A model generated the notes under the pieces. The model saw only the letters and a list, made by a program, of their open reading frames with translations. It ran no database searches and was not told the origin of the DNA. Of a DNA stretch of 64,000 nucleotides, positions 26,658-39,895 are shown in pieces. This DNA is from Malacoraja senta. Lineage: Eukaryota. The position numbers and the translations under genes are program-made. Numbering within the stretch: position 1 is the stretch's first letter; each line of letters starts with the position of its first letter. Location of the stretch: the NCBI GenBank assembly GCA_038087875.1, contig CM075987.1, positions 23,438,001 to 23,502,000 on the forward strand, read 5' to 3'.

Positions 26658-26964
26658 AGCCCTGTCCCAACTGTACGAGCTAATTCAAGAGCTCTCCCGA
26701 GTTTTAAAAACAATCAAACTCGTGGTAAGCACGTAGAATGTACGTAGCGGGTACGTCGAAGCTCGGGACGTCTCATAGCGGCTTGTAACCGCTACTCGGG
26801 AAACGCGGTAAGCTCGTGAAGACTCGTGAAGATTTTTCAACATGTTGAAAAATGTCCACGAGAGCCCCGAGTACCTACGAGCGGCTATTACCGTAATTCT
26901 GCGAGTTCGAATCGGGAAACTCGGGAGAACTCTTGAATTAGCTCGTACAGTGGGACAGCCCCTT
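26658..26964. mobile_element. MITE, Harbinger-like, inserted in a SINE
   Basis: Inverted termini CTGTCCCA(A)CTGTACGAGCTAATTCAAGAG...CTCTTGAATTAGCTCGTACAGTGGGACAG. The SINE resumes at TTACAGCGCC. Confidence 0.8.
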
Positions 26965-28160
26965 TACAGCGCCAGAGACCCAGGTTCGATCCTGGCTGTG
27001 GGTACCGTCAGTACGGAGTTTGTACCTTCTCCCCGTGACCACGTGAGTTTTCTCCGGTTTCCTCCCACACTCCAAAGACCTACAGGTTGGTAGGTTAACT
27101 GGCTTGGTAAAATTGTAAATTGGTAGGATGGTGTTAATGTGCGGGGATCGCTGGTTGGCGTGGACTCGGTGGGCCGAAGGGCCTGTTTCTGCGCTGTAGC
27201 TCTAAAACTTAAAAACTAAAAACTTCTTCACCACTTCTTTTGCTTCTCCACTCAGCCTCTCTACCCTCAGCTCCCGTCCCTGTGTCTCAGCCCCTCTGAG
27301 GGGTAAATCAGCCCTCCTTCCTGCATTCATCTCCCATCCCGAGTCTCTCATTTTCCTTTTATCCCCTTCCCATGTTCCCTTTGAGTTATATATCTCTCCC
27401 CCTGGCTTTACACTTCACTCCTCCTCTTCACTCCTCCTCTTCTCTCCTTATCCAACACCCTTTGCCTCCTTTACGCCTTTAGCCTTTGTCACTTACTCCA
27501 CCCATCTGCCCATCAGAACCCTCCCTCACCTGCATCCACCTATCACTCACCAAGCTGCAGTAACTCAGCGGGTCAGGCAGCATCTCTGGAGGATAAGGAA
27601 CAGGTGACATTTCAGGTCAAGACCCTTCTTCAGACCTGAAACGTCACCTATTCCTTTTTTCCAGAGATGCTGCCTGACCCGCTGAGTTACTGCAGATTTG
27701 TGTGTCCATCTTCTTACGTATTATGACACATTACGATTTTCTTCTTGTTCCTGCTGATTAGTTCTCTTCGAAAACATTTACATATGCAGATGTTCTGTGA
27801 AGGTTCCCCTTGGAGCTGATTCTATCATCCCATCAGGGGGTCCATTCAGGATCTTAACAGTTGAAGATGTAGCTTCTCATCCTACACATTTTGTCCTGCC
27901 CCCAACTCTTTTTTCCAGCTTCCCCTCCCACCCCGATTCAGTCCGTAGAAAGGTCCCGACACAAAAACGTCACCTTTCCATTCCCTTCCCAGATGTTGCC
28001 GGCCACTCCGAGTTCCTCCAGCACCTTGTGTTTCGGCAGGAGATGAGGAGACGTCTCTGATGTCCCTCGGACTATCCTTGACCGGACTTTGCTGGCTTGA
28101 CCTTGTACTATTCCCTTATCATGTATCTATACACTGTCAATGGATTGATTGTAATCATGT

Positions 28161-29019
28161 GGTAGACAAAAGTGCTGGAGAAACTCAGCGGGTGAGACAG
28201 CATCTATGGAGCGAAGGAAATAGGCAACGTTTCGGGCCAAAACCCTTCTTCAGACTGATGTAGGGTGGGGGGTGAGGGGGAGAAGAAAGGAGAAAGGAAG
28301 AGGAGGAGCCAGAGGGCTGAGGGAGAGCTGAGAAGGGGAGGAGACAATAAGGGCTACCAGAAATTGGAAGTCAATGTTCGTGCCGCTGGGGTATAAACTG
28401 CCCAAGTGAAATATGAGGTGCTGCTCCTCCAATTTCCGGTGGTGCTCACTTTGGCCATGGAGGAGGCCCAGGACAGAAAGGTGGGATTCGGAATGGGAGG
28501 GGGAGTTGAAGTGCTGAGCCACCGGGAGATCAGGTAGATTATTCACTGGAGTTTAGAAGGATGAAGAAACATAAAATTGGACTGGACAAGCTAGGTGCAG
28601 GAAAATGTTTCCCAATGTTGGGCGAGTCCAGAACCAGGGGCCACCGTTTTAGAATAAAGGGGAGGCCATTTAAGACTGAGGTGAGAAAAAACATTTTCAC
28701 CCAGAGAGTTGAGAATTTGTGGAATTCCCTGCCACAGAGGGCAGTGGAGGCCAAGTCACTGGATGGATTTAAGAGAGAGTTAGATAGAGCTCTAGGGGCT
28801 AGTGGAATCAAGGGATATGGGGAGAAGGCAGGCACGGGTTATTGATTGGGGACGATCAGCCATGATTGGAATGAATGGCGGTGCTGGCTCGAAGGGCCGA
28901 ATGGCCTCCTCCTGCACCTATTTTCTATGTTTCTATGTTTCTATGTTATTGCGGACCGAGCGGACGTGTTCGGCGAAACGATCGGCAAGCCTAAACTTGG
29001 TCTCACCGATGTAGATCAG
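28161..29019 (-). mobile_element. Penelope-like 3' fragment, interrupted by CR1
   Basis: GIY-YIG C-terminal peptide (PDLPVAQHFNSPSH). Resumes at 28946 with the YIGETK region. 15-bp TSD TGATTGTAATCATGT. Confidence 0.88.
28545..28945 (+). mobile_element. CR1 LINE 3' fragment nested in Penelope
   Basis: ORF 28561-28845 and (TTTCTATG)n tail. Confidence 0.88.
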
Positions 29020-30094
29020 TGATTGTAATCATGTATTGTCTTTCCGCTGACTGGTTAGCACGCAGCAAAAAGCTTTTCACTGTACCTCGGTACACGTGGC
29101 AATAAACGCAACTGAAACTGGTGACAGGGAAATGGGGTTGGAGCTACTGGGAGTAGGAGAGGAGTGGGTCGGCTGAGAAGGAGTTATTGAGTAGGCAGCA
29201 GAGTAATGGGGATGATTACACAGAGGGATGTGTGTGCAGGAGGACACTCAATGATGGTTTGTGTCTGTGCCGGAAATCCATTAATCCCCATCAAAGCAAT
29301 CGGATAAACACAGGGAGATAACACCGCTACGATGCAGAGACCCAGAGTGAGTGAGCTCCGGACAAACTGCTTTCACAAATAGACATTCCTGACAGGCTGC
29401 CTCACTGAAACCAAGAGCCTGCGGAGAGACAACCCTTCAATTACCAGCTAACCAGGGACCGTCTAGCACAGAAATAACAAGCGGTGGAAAAAGAATGTAC
29501 AAGGAGTGAGATTCCCAGAGGAAGTGGGAACAGATTTGTCAGGAGCAGAGTAGCGAAGTCTGCAGCAACTTGCCGTCTTTAATCAACAGCCCCTCAATCA
29601 TCTCAAGGGTCCTAGATGGGACAAGACGAGGCGGTCAGGTCCATCATTACCCCCCCCCCCTCCCCCCTGCCCAACTGATCAGCTGGAGCCTGGTGGAGAT
29701 AACTGTTCCCAGGTAGATCCCAGGTACAACTCCTGCTTTCAGGATGGGTTCCTGGTGAAAGTGTCCAACTTATAGAAATTATTAGATGGCCACACAATGC
29801 TGGAGATACTCAGTGGGGGACAGGCAGCATCTCCGGAGAGAAGGAATGGGTAACGATTCGGGTCGAGACCCTTCTTCAGACTGAAAGTGAGGGGAGAGGG
29901 AAACCAGAGACATGGAAGGGCAAGGTGTGAAAACGGGCGATCAAAGGGGACAAAGCTCAAGAAAAATGTAGAATGGATCATTGGAAGAAATTATGGTTCG
30001 GAAAGCTGTAGTTGTTATCCGTTCACCTGAGATGGTGAATATGGAGATTGGAGTGACTCAGCGGATCAGGCAACATCTCTGGAGAAAAGGAATA

Positions 30095-30129
30095 GGTGAC
30101 GTTTCGGGGTCGAGACCCTTCTTCAGACT
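30095..30129 (-). ncRNA. Minimal hammerhead ribozyme core in fold-back Penelope mini-element
   Basis: Minus strand AGT-CTGAAGA-A-GGGT CTCG ACCC-C-GAAA-C-GTC-ACC. Confidence 0.6.
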
Positions 30130-30729
30130 GGGGTCCCGACCCAAAGCGTCACCTATTCCTTCTCTCCAGAGATGCTGCCCGACCTGCTGAGTTACACCAG
30201 CATTTTGTATCTGTCTTCGGTTTAAACCAACATCTGCAGTTCCTCTCTCCACAGTCTGGAGGTTTGTCAGGTCTGCCGACCTGTGGCAAAACACAGAGTG
30301 CTGGAGTAACTCAGCGAGTCAGGCAGCATCTCTGGAGGACATGGACAGGCGACGTTTTGGGTCGCAACTCTTTAGTTTAGTTTAGCGTATTGTCACCGAG
30401 GTACAGTGAAAATCTTTTTTATTGCGTGCTATCCAGTCAGCGAAAAAACTATACATGGTTACAATCGAGACATCCACTGTGTACAGATATAGGATGAAGC
30501 GAATAACATCAGGTGCAAGATAAAGTCAAGTAAAATCAGATTAAAGATAGTCCGAGAGTCTCCAATGAGGTAGACGATAGCGCAGGGCCGCTCTCTAGTT
30601 GTTGGTAGGATGGTTCAGTTGCCTGATAACAGCTGGGAAGAAACTGACCCCCGAATCTGGAGGTGTGTGTTTTCACACTTCTGTACCTCTTGCCTGATGG
30701 GAGAGGGGAGAAGAGGGAGTGGCCGGGGT

Positions 30730-31131
30730 GAGATTGTTAAGGGCTCGGACACGCTGGAGGCAGGAAACATGTTCCCGATGTTGGGGGAGTCCAGAACCAG
30801 GGGCCGCAGTTTAAGAATAAGGGGTAAGCCATTTAGGACGGAGACGAGGAAACACTTTTTCTCACAGAGAGTGGTGAGTCTGTGGAATTCTCTGGTTATA
30901 TGGTTATATGGTTATATGGTCTGTGGAATTCTCTGCCTCAGAGGGTGGTGGAGGCAGGTTCTCTGGATGCTTTCAAGAGAGAGCTAGATAGGGCTCTTGA
31001 AAATAGCGGAGTCGGGATATGGGGAGAAGGCAGGAATGGGGTACTGATTGGGGATGATCAGCCATGATCACGTTGAATGGCGGTGCTGGCTCGAAGGGCC
31101 AAAATGCCTACTCCCGCACCTATTGTCTATT
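30730..31131 (+). mobile_element. CR1 LINE 3' fragment nested in Rex1
   Basis: AGNMFPMLGESRTRG..LRI motif and tail. Confidence 0.85.
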
Positions 31132-31569
31132 GAGACCCGTCCTTGATTATGCTGCTGGTCTTCATGTTCAGATTTCTAGAACGCTGGAAAAGAGGGTCTG
31201 TGCTCCACCCATCTACCAATAAAAGAATCTGCCTTCCTCAGATCCATCTATCAATTGCCGGGAGACACAAGGAACTCCAGACGCTGGAATCTTCAGTAAA
31301 ACACTAAGCCCTGGTGTAACTCAGCGGGTCAGGCAGCATCGGTGGAGGACATGGATAGGTGACGTTTCAGGTGGGGAACCTTCTTCAGAAGCATAGGAAA
31401 CCAACAAGCAGATGTGAAAAGCTCTTGAAAATCAAATAACATGTGAAGTCTTTGCGACAAAAGAATTATCGAGCACAACATGCGTTTACCTAAACATGGT
31501 GGTGGACTATTCCCTCTGGCATCAAGTGGAGATGGTCAAGTTCCTCTGTGTAAATATCACCAACAAGTG

Positions 31570-31890
31570 GGCGGCAGGGTGGCACAGGGGTAGAGTTGCT
31601 GCCTTGCAGTGACGGAGACCCGGGTTCGATCCCGACTACGGGTGCTGTCTGTACGGAGTTTGTACCTTCTCCCCACGACCGCGTGGGTTTTCACCGAAAT
31701 CTTCGGTTTCCTCCCACACTCCAAAGACGTACAGGTTTGTAGGTTAATTGGCTTGGCGTATGTGTGTAAACGGTCCCGAGTGTGTGTAGGATAGTGTCAA
31801 TGTGTGGGGATCGCTGGTCGGTGTGGACCCGGTGGGCCAAAGGGCCTGTTTCCGCGCCGTATCTCTAAACCAAACTAAACTAAACTAAAA
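31570..31890 (+). mobile_element. tRNA-derived SINE (HE1/V-SINE type)
   Basis: Full-length copy. Further copies at 32265-32465 (+), 32535-32740 (-) and 33335-33655 (-). Confidence 0.88.
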
Positions 31891-33671
31891 TGTGACCTGG
31901 ACCAACCACACTGAGAACCACACAGCCTAGGAAGCACACTTAACGCCTCTGCTTCCTCGAAGACTAAGGGAGTACGGCATGTCTCCAAGGGCTCTCACCA
32001 ATCCCCACAGAGGCACTGCAGGAAGCATCCGACCAGGACGTGTCGCGACTTGGTTTGGCCCAAGACACAACAAATTACAGAGAGTGGTGGCTGTGGCCCC
32101 AGTCTATCACACAGACCAGCCTCCCCAACATGGACTTCATCTACACGTCAACATAATCAAAGACCATTCACGCCCAGGGCATTCCTTCATCTCTCTCCCA
32201 TCAGGCGGAGGACACAAAAGCATGGACTCACGTGTCACCAGATTCAGGAACAGCTTCCTTCCTGGTCGGGTGACACGGTGACACAGCGGTCGAGTTGCTT
32301 CCTCACAGTGCCAGAGACCCGGGTTCGATCCTGACTACGGGTTCTGTCTGTACGTTCTCCCCGTGACCGCGTGGGTTTTCTCCGGGTGCTCCGTTTTCCC
32401 CCCACATTCCAAAGACGTGCGGGTTTGTAGATTAATTGGCTTCGGTACAAATTGTAAGTTGTCCCTTGTACCTTCCGACGAGTCCACCAGGGACTACACT
32501 GGAAGTCGGACAATTTAATACTGGACGATTTTTACATTTACACCAAGCCAATTAACCTACAAACATGTACGTACGTCTTTGGAGTGTGGGAGGAAGCCGA
32601 AGATCTCGGAGAAAACCCACGCAGGTCACGGGGTGAATGTACAAACTCCGTACAGACGGCACCCGTAGTCGGGATCGAACCTGGGTCTCCGGCGCTGCAT
32701 TTTGCTGTAAGGCAGCAACTCTACCGCTGCACCACCGTGACTGCCCTGTACACACTAGGCTAGTGTTGTCAAATGTACGGCACCAGTCTCAGGAACAGCT
32801 TCTTCCCCTGTGTTATCAGGCTTCCGAACATAAGCTGGGGTACTGTCTGATTCATCTCTACCCCATTGCGGACATTGGACCTTGTCTATGGAACTGGTGC
32901 GCTCCAATGCTGAGGACTATACTCTGCACCCTGTGTACTTGAGTTTGACCCGATCATATTTACGTTCCGTTTTATCTGATCTTAGACAGCGTGCAAAACG
33001 AAGCTTTTCACTGTACCTCGGTACACGTGACAATAATGAACCTAAACCTGGCAGGGGGCGTTAGCCAGGATATTACCGGGCATGAGGGAGATCACAGGAG
33101 ATAACAGAACAGTTGCTTATGTCCTCCCTCCACCACCTCCAGTTTAAATTCCATTTGGAATATTTTGGAGGACCAAGAAACCAAGAACCAAGAAGAACTG
33201 ACCGGATGTTCTAACAGGGATTAGCATCACCGTGTCAGATTTGACAGTGACAATTGCCAAAAAAAGACTAAACATCCTTCAGGCAAATAAGTCATTAACG
33301 AATAGTCATAGATGTAATACCATTAGGGAAAGGTTGTTTAGTTTAGAGATACAGCATGGAAACAGGTCCTTCGGCCCACCGAGGCCATGCTAACCATCGA
33401 TCGATCACCAGTTCACACTAGTTCTATGTTATCCAGCTTTCTCATTCACACCCTGCATATTAAGGGCAATTTTACAGAGGGCCAGTCAATCTCCAATGTG
33501 GGGATTTGGGGGGGAAACCGGAGCACCCGGAGGAAACCCACACGGTCACAGAGAGAATGTGCAAACTCCACACGCAGACGGCATCCGAGGCCAGGATGGA
33601 ACCCGAGGCTCAGGCGCTGCGAGGTAGTGGCTCTACCAGCTGTGCCACTGTGCCGCACAAAAAATAAATAA

Positions 33672-33747
33672 TGTTCCTGGCCAGGATCGAACTAGGGACC
33701 TTTTGCATGCGAGGCAAAAGTGGTAAAAAAAACTACACTACAGAACC
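33672..33747 (-). pseudogene. tRNA-Val-derived pseudogene (anticodon position reads CGC)
   Basis: Reverse complement GGTTCTGTAGTGTAG(T8)ACCACTTTTGCCTCGCATGCAAAAGGTCCCTAGTTCGATCCTGGCCAGGAACA aligns by eye with vertebrate tRNA-Val. The B box GTTCGATCC is intact and the D loop is replaced by a T run. Confidence 0.75.
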
Positions 33748-34174
33748 ACCACTGATTGCTTGAGAGGAGCTGAGGAGAAATCCTTCACTGGGTTATGGGA
33801 CCCCTGACCCGAAAAGTTGCAACAGCTGACTCCAATTGATAAGGAGCTTGGATAGAAGGGAGAGAAATTGTGGACGGCAAGATGAGTGACCAAGGGCAAC
33901 TGTTCTTTCAAAGAGCCAGTACCAACACAATGGCGCAGTGGTAGAGTTGCTGCCTTACAGCGCCAGAGACCCGGGTTCGATCCTGACTGCGGGCGCTGTC
34001 TTTAGGGAGTTTGTACCTTCTCCCCGTGACCCGCGTGGGTTTTCTCCGAGATCTTCGGTTTCCTCCCACACTCCAAAGACGTACAGGTTTGTCGGTTAAT
34101 TGGCTCGGTATAAATGTGAAAATAAATAGTCCCCAGTGTGTGTGGGATAGTGTTAGTGTGCGGGATTCGCTGGT

Positions 34175-34585
34175 CAATAGACAATAGACAATAGGTGCAG
34201 GAGTAGGCCATTCGGCCCTTCGAGCCAGCACCGCCATTCAATGTGATCATGGCTGATCATCCCCAATCAGTACCCCGTTCCTGCCTTCTCCCCATATCCC
34301 CTGACTCCACTATCTTTAAGAGCCCTATCTAGCTCTCTCTTGAAAGTATCCAGAGAACCGGCCTCCACCGCCATCTGAGGCAGAGAATACCACAGACACA
34401 CAACTCTCTGTGAGATAAAGTGTTTCCTCGTCTCCGTTCTAAATGGCTTACTCCTTATTTTTAAACTGTGGCCCCTGGTTCTGGACTCCCCCAACATCGG
34501 GAACATGTTTCCTGCCTCTAGCGTGTCCAAGCCCTTAATAATCTTATATGTTTCAATAAGATCCCCTCTCATCCTTCTAAACTCC
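34175..34585 (-). mobile_element. CR1 LINE 3' fragment nested in a SINE
   Basis: ORF 34267-34572. SINE 33930-34175 resumes at 34586. Confidence 0.88.
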
Positions 34586-35559
34586 GGTGCGGACTCAGTG
34601 GGCCGAAGGGCCAGTTGCCTCGCTGTATCTCTAAACTAAACTGAACAATGGGGTGAATGGCCTCCTGAACCGCTGGAAGACGTCTAATTCAGGGAGAACC
34701 CAGTCTCGCTGTGTTTGTTCCACTAATATTCAAAGCCTTTCCGGTAGCCTGTTTCCACTTAAACACAGGAATGCAAGTGAACTGAATACGAATAGTTTGC
34801 CGTTGCAAAGCCTTTGTTCTTCTGAAACTCGGTTTGTAGCAGATCCCGTGGGGAGAGAATGTTGGGGTGGGAAGTGAGGGGAGGATGGAAGAGGGGGGGG
34901 GAGTGGGGGGGTGAGGGGGTGGGGGTGATGGGGAGGTCGGGTGGGGTGGAGAAGGAGCTCTCATTCTCGGAGGGTTCCAACAGTGAATTCATTCACAAAT
35001 TCCAAGACAGGTTTGTGAAACATGGAAGGAATGTGGCGATGGCTCTGATCAAAGCCGCACTGCCATTTCTCTCCTCCCTGTTCTTGCCGCTGCTTCCTAA
35101 TGTTGAGCCGGTGAGGTCACTGTGCATAAACCAGACATGGAGCTAGGTCCCAGGGCCCCTCGGCATTTGAACGTTTCAAGCTCTGCTGCCAGGGTCCACG
35201 TTTACACCCCCTGCCCCTGGTCTTAGATCACCAGCCTGATGTCGCAGTGTTGTGACTCAAGAATCATGTACAAATTCATGGGAGGAATAGATCGGGTAGA
35301 TGCACGGAGTCTCCTGCCCAGAGTAGGGGAATCGAGGACCAGAGGACATAGATTCAAGTTGAAGGGGAAAAGACTTAATAGGAATCTGAGGGGTAACTTT
35401 TCCACACAGAGGGTGGTGCGTGTATGGAACGAGCTGCCAGAGGAGGTAGTTGAGGCTGGGACTATCCCAACATTTAAGAAACAGTTAGACAGGTACATGG
35501 ATAGGACAAGTTTGGAGGGATATGGACCAAGCGCAGGCAGGTGGGACTAGTGTAGATGG

Positions 35560-36947
35560 GGTACACAAAAATGCTGGAGAAACTCAGCGGGTGCAGCAGC
35601 ATCTATGGAGCGAAGGAAACAGGCAACGTTTCGGGCCGAAACCCTTCTTCAGACTGATAGGGGGTGGGGAGAAGAAAGGAAAAAAGGCGGAGGAGGAGCC
35701 CGAGGGCTGCGGGAGGGGAGGAGACAACCAGAGGGCTGATGAAGGGGAGGGGACAGCAAGGTCTAGCAGAATTGGGAGAATTCAATGTTCAAGCCCCCAG
35801 GATGTATTCTTACCGACATCCACTACAAACCTACCGACTCCCATGGCTATCTGGACGACTACACTTCTTCCCACCCTGCTTCCTGTAAGGACTCCATCCC
35901 CCACTCCAATTCCTCCGTCTACGCCGCATCTGCTCCCAGGATGAGGTGTTCCACACCAGGGCATCCGAAATGTCCTCATTTTTCAGGGAACGGGGGTTCC
36001 CCTCCTCCACCATAGATGAGGCTCGCACCAGGGTCTCTGCCATACCCCGCAACACTGCTCTCTCTCCCCATCCCACCACTCACAACAAGGGCAGAGTCCC
36101 CCTAGTCCTCACCTTTCACCCCACCAGCCGTCACATACAACAAGTGATCCTCCGTCAGTTTCGCCACCTCCAACGTGACCCCACCACTCGCCACATCTTC
36201 CCATCTCCCCCCATGTCTGCCTTCCGCAAAGACCGCTCCCTCCGTAACTCCCTTGTCAATTCTTCCCTTCCCTCCCATACCACCCCCCTCCCCTGGTACT
36301 TTCCCTTGCAACCGCAAGAGATGCAACACTTGTCCCTTCACCTCCCCCCTCCACTCCATTCAAGGACCCAAGCAGTCGTTCCAGGTGCGACAGAGGTTCA
36401 CCTGCATCTCCTCCAACCTCATCTATTGCATCCGCTGCTCTAGATGTCAGCTGATCTACATCGGTGAGACCAAGCGGAGGCTCGGCGATCGTTTCGCCGA
36501 ACACCTCCGGTCGGTCCGTAATAACCAACCTGACCTCCCGGTGGCTCAGCACTTCAACTCCCCCTCCCATTCCGTATCTGACCTCTCTGTTCTGGGTCTC
36601 CTCCATGGCCACAGCGAGCAACACCGGAAATTGGAGGAAATGTACCTCATATTCCGCTTGGGCAGTCTACATCCTGGGGGCTTGAACTTGAATTCTCCCA
36701 ATTCTGCTAGCCCTTGCTGTCCCCTCCCCTTCATCAGCCCTCTGGTTGTCTCCTCCCCTCCCCCAGCCCTCGGACTCCTCCTCCGCCTTTTTTCTTTCTT
36801 CTCCCACCCCCTATCAGTCTGAAGAAAGGTTTCGGCCCGAAACGTTGCCTCTTTCCTTCGCTCCACAGATGCTGCTGCACCCGCTGAGTTTCTCCAGCAT
36901 TTTTGTGTACCGTCGATTTTCCAGCATCTGCAGTTCCTTCTTTAACA
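35560..36947 (+). mobile_element. Penelope-like retroelement, 5'-truncated (RT C-terminus plus GIY-YIG endonuclease) with inverted terminal repeat
   Basis: Motifs YKPTDSH..SSHP, PLVLTFHP, CxxxxCxxC, NLIYCIRCSRCQLIYIGETKRRLGDRFAEH, VAQHFN. 35560-35805 is the reverse complement of about 36668-36910. Flanked by repeated ACTAGTGTAG inside a CR1 tail. Frameshifted. Confidence 0.93.
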
Positions 36948-37524
36948 CTAGTGTAGCTGGGACATGTTGGCCGGTGTGGACAAGTTGGGCCGAAGGCCTG
37001 TTTCCACGCTGTATCACTCTATGACTATGAACGACAAAGCCTTGGAGAGGGTGCAGACGAGGAAATGACAGATCCCAAATATCAACCCGAATGAGGATTC
37101 AAACCCGTTTGAAAACAGGAAGAAAGTTACTTCCAAAACTGAACAGATTTGAAATTGCCATAATGCTAGCCAGAGAGGCGTCCAGGAGAGGCTTCGAGAG
37201 AGATCCTCCTGTCTCCACCTATGGGCAAGAGCATTCCTGTAATGAGGACTGTAGCTTCTGCCAGTCACAAGCAAGTCTGACAATCTCCTGCAATTATAAT
37301 CTGGTTTGATGTTCAGTCAGAATACAATTCAGTTCTGCATTCATAAAACTGGCATAGAAGGCATAGAAACATAGAAAACAGGTGCAGGAGTAGGCCATGC
37401 ATAGTATTATGCATAAATACAATCAAGCCAAACTCAAGTACTATAGGTATAAGATCATACATTATTGGAGCATAATTACGCCACTTGGCCCATCCAGTCT
37501 GCTCCGCCATTCGATCACGGCTGG

Positions 37525-37990
37525 CGGGATGGCGGGACTGTCATATGCTGAGAGAATGGAGCAGCTGGGCTTGTACACTCTGGAGTTTAGAAGGATGAGA
37601 GGCTATCTGATTGAAACATATAAGATTGTTAAGGGCTTGGACACGCTAGAGGCAGCAGACATGTTCCCGATGTTGGGGGAGTCCAGAACCAGGGGCCACA
37701 GTTTAAGAATAAGGAGTAAGCCATTTAGAACGGAGACGAGGAAACACATTTTCTCACAGAGAGTTGTGAGTCTGTGGAATTCTCTGCCTCAGAGGGCGGT
37801 GGAGGCGGGTTCTCACGATGCTTTCAAGAGGGAGCTAGATTGGGCTCCTAAAAATAGCGGAGTCAGGGGATATGGGGACAAGGCAGGAACGGGGTACTGA
37901 TTGGGGATGATCAGCCATGATCACATTGAATGGCGGTGCTGGCTCGAAGGGCCAAATGGCCTACTCATGCACCTATTGTCTATTGTCCTA
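37525..37990 (+). mobile_element. CR1 LINE 3' fragment
   Basis: GMAGLSYAERMEQLGLYTLEFRRMRG...WNSLPQRAVEA. Confidence 0.9.
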
Positions 37991-38414
37991 TCTTTCCCTC
38001 TCAACCCCATTCTCCTGCCTTCTCCCCATAACCTTTGGCACCCATAACTGTGTCACCCTGACTGTTCCCTCGACACTGAACGCTCCTGCAACACTGTGCT
38101 GTGAAGCAGATCCCATCCTCGCCCAGGGGAAAGGGTTTTGTGTTTCTGTGCCAGTTGCTTGTACTGGGTTGCAAGTCTCCACTGATATCCTTGCTGTCTG
38201 TGGAACAGATTCATGGAGTGAGCAGAGTTCAGAAATGTGAGAAATACTTAACATTGATGGCTGCCAGCTGTCCGCTGTCTATTCTCTGGGAGTTATGATT
38301 ACCTGCCAGCTATTCAGGGTGTGACAGATTGCTCATTGACGTTGCCCACAGTCACTGCCAACAGAATAGATCAATTGTTCACCACAGTCATAACATCCCT
38401 GGTCTCACCCAGCA

Positions 38415-38910
38415 CACGCTCACACACAGATACACACTTAAACACACACTCACACACAGATACACACTTAAACACACACTCACACACAGATACACACTTA
38501 AACACACACACACACACAGATACACACTTAAACACACGCTCACACACAGATACACACTTAAACACACACTCACACACAGATACACACTTAAACACACACA
38601 CACACAGATACACACTTAAACACACACACACACAGATACACACTTAAACACACACTGACACACAGATACACACTTAAACACACGCTCACACACAGATACA
38701 CACTTAAACACACACTCACACACAGATACACACTTAAACACACACTCACACACAGATACACACTTAAACACACACTCACACACAGATACACACTTAAACA
38801 CACACTCACACACAGATACACACTTAAACACACACTCACACACAGATACACACTTAAACACACACACACACAGATACACACTTAAACACACACTCACACA
38901 CAGATACATA
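38415..38910. repeat. 30-bp CA-rich minisatellite (CACACACAGATACACACTTAAACACACACT)n
   Basis: About 16 visible tandem units. Confidence 0.95.
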
Positions 38911-39014
38911 CATAAATACACGTATACTAACACACACGTGTATGTAAACACACAGATACTCACACAAATACACGCAGATACATATATCAACACACATATT
39001 CATCAACACACACG

Positions 39015-39212
39015 TGTGCGGATGTGTGTATGTGTGTGCGTGTTTGTGGATGTGTACGTATATGTGTGTGTGTGTATATATGTGTGTGTGTGTGTGTGTG
39101 TATGTGTATATGTGCGTATATGTGTGTGTATGTATATGTGCGTATATGTGTGTGTGTGTATATGTGTGTGTGTGTATATATATGTGTGTGTGTGTGTGTA
39201 TATGTGTGTGTA

Positions 39213-39257
<45 letters not shown>

Positions 39258-39304
39258 ATATGTGTGTGTGTGTGTGTGTGTGCGTGTGTGTGTATGTGCG
39301 TATA

Positions 39305-39347
<43 letters not shown>

Positions 39348-39532
39348 ATATGTGCGTATATGTGTGTGTGTGTGTGTGTGTGTGCGTATATGTGTGTGTG
39401 TGTGTATATATGTGTGTGTATGTATATGTGTGTGTGTGTGTGTGTGCGTATATGTGTGTGTGTGTGTGTGTGTATGTGTGTATATGTGTGTGTGTGTATA
39501 TGTGTGTGTATGTATATGTGTGTGTATGTATA

Positions 39533-39577
<45 letters not shown>

Positions 39578-39895
39578 GTGTGTGTATGTATATGTGTGTG
39601 TGTGTGTATATGTGTGTATATGTGTGTGTATGTATATGTGTGTGTATATGTGTGTATATGTGCGTATATGTGTGTATATGTGTGTGTATGTATATGTGTG
39701 TGTGTATGTATATGTGTGTGTATATGTGTGTATATGTGTGTGTATGTATATGTGTGTGTATATGTGTGTGTATGTATATGTGTGTGTGTGTATATGTGTG
39801 TATATGTGTGTGTATGTATATGTGTGTGTATATGTGTGTGTGTATATGTGTGTGTGTGTGTATATATGTGTGTATATGTGCGTATATTTGTGTGT
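39015..39895. repeat. (TG)/(TA) compound microsatellite
   Basis: Direct inspection. Confidence 0.97.
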
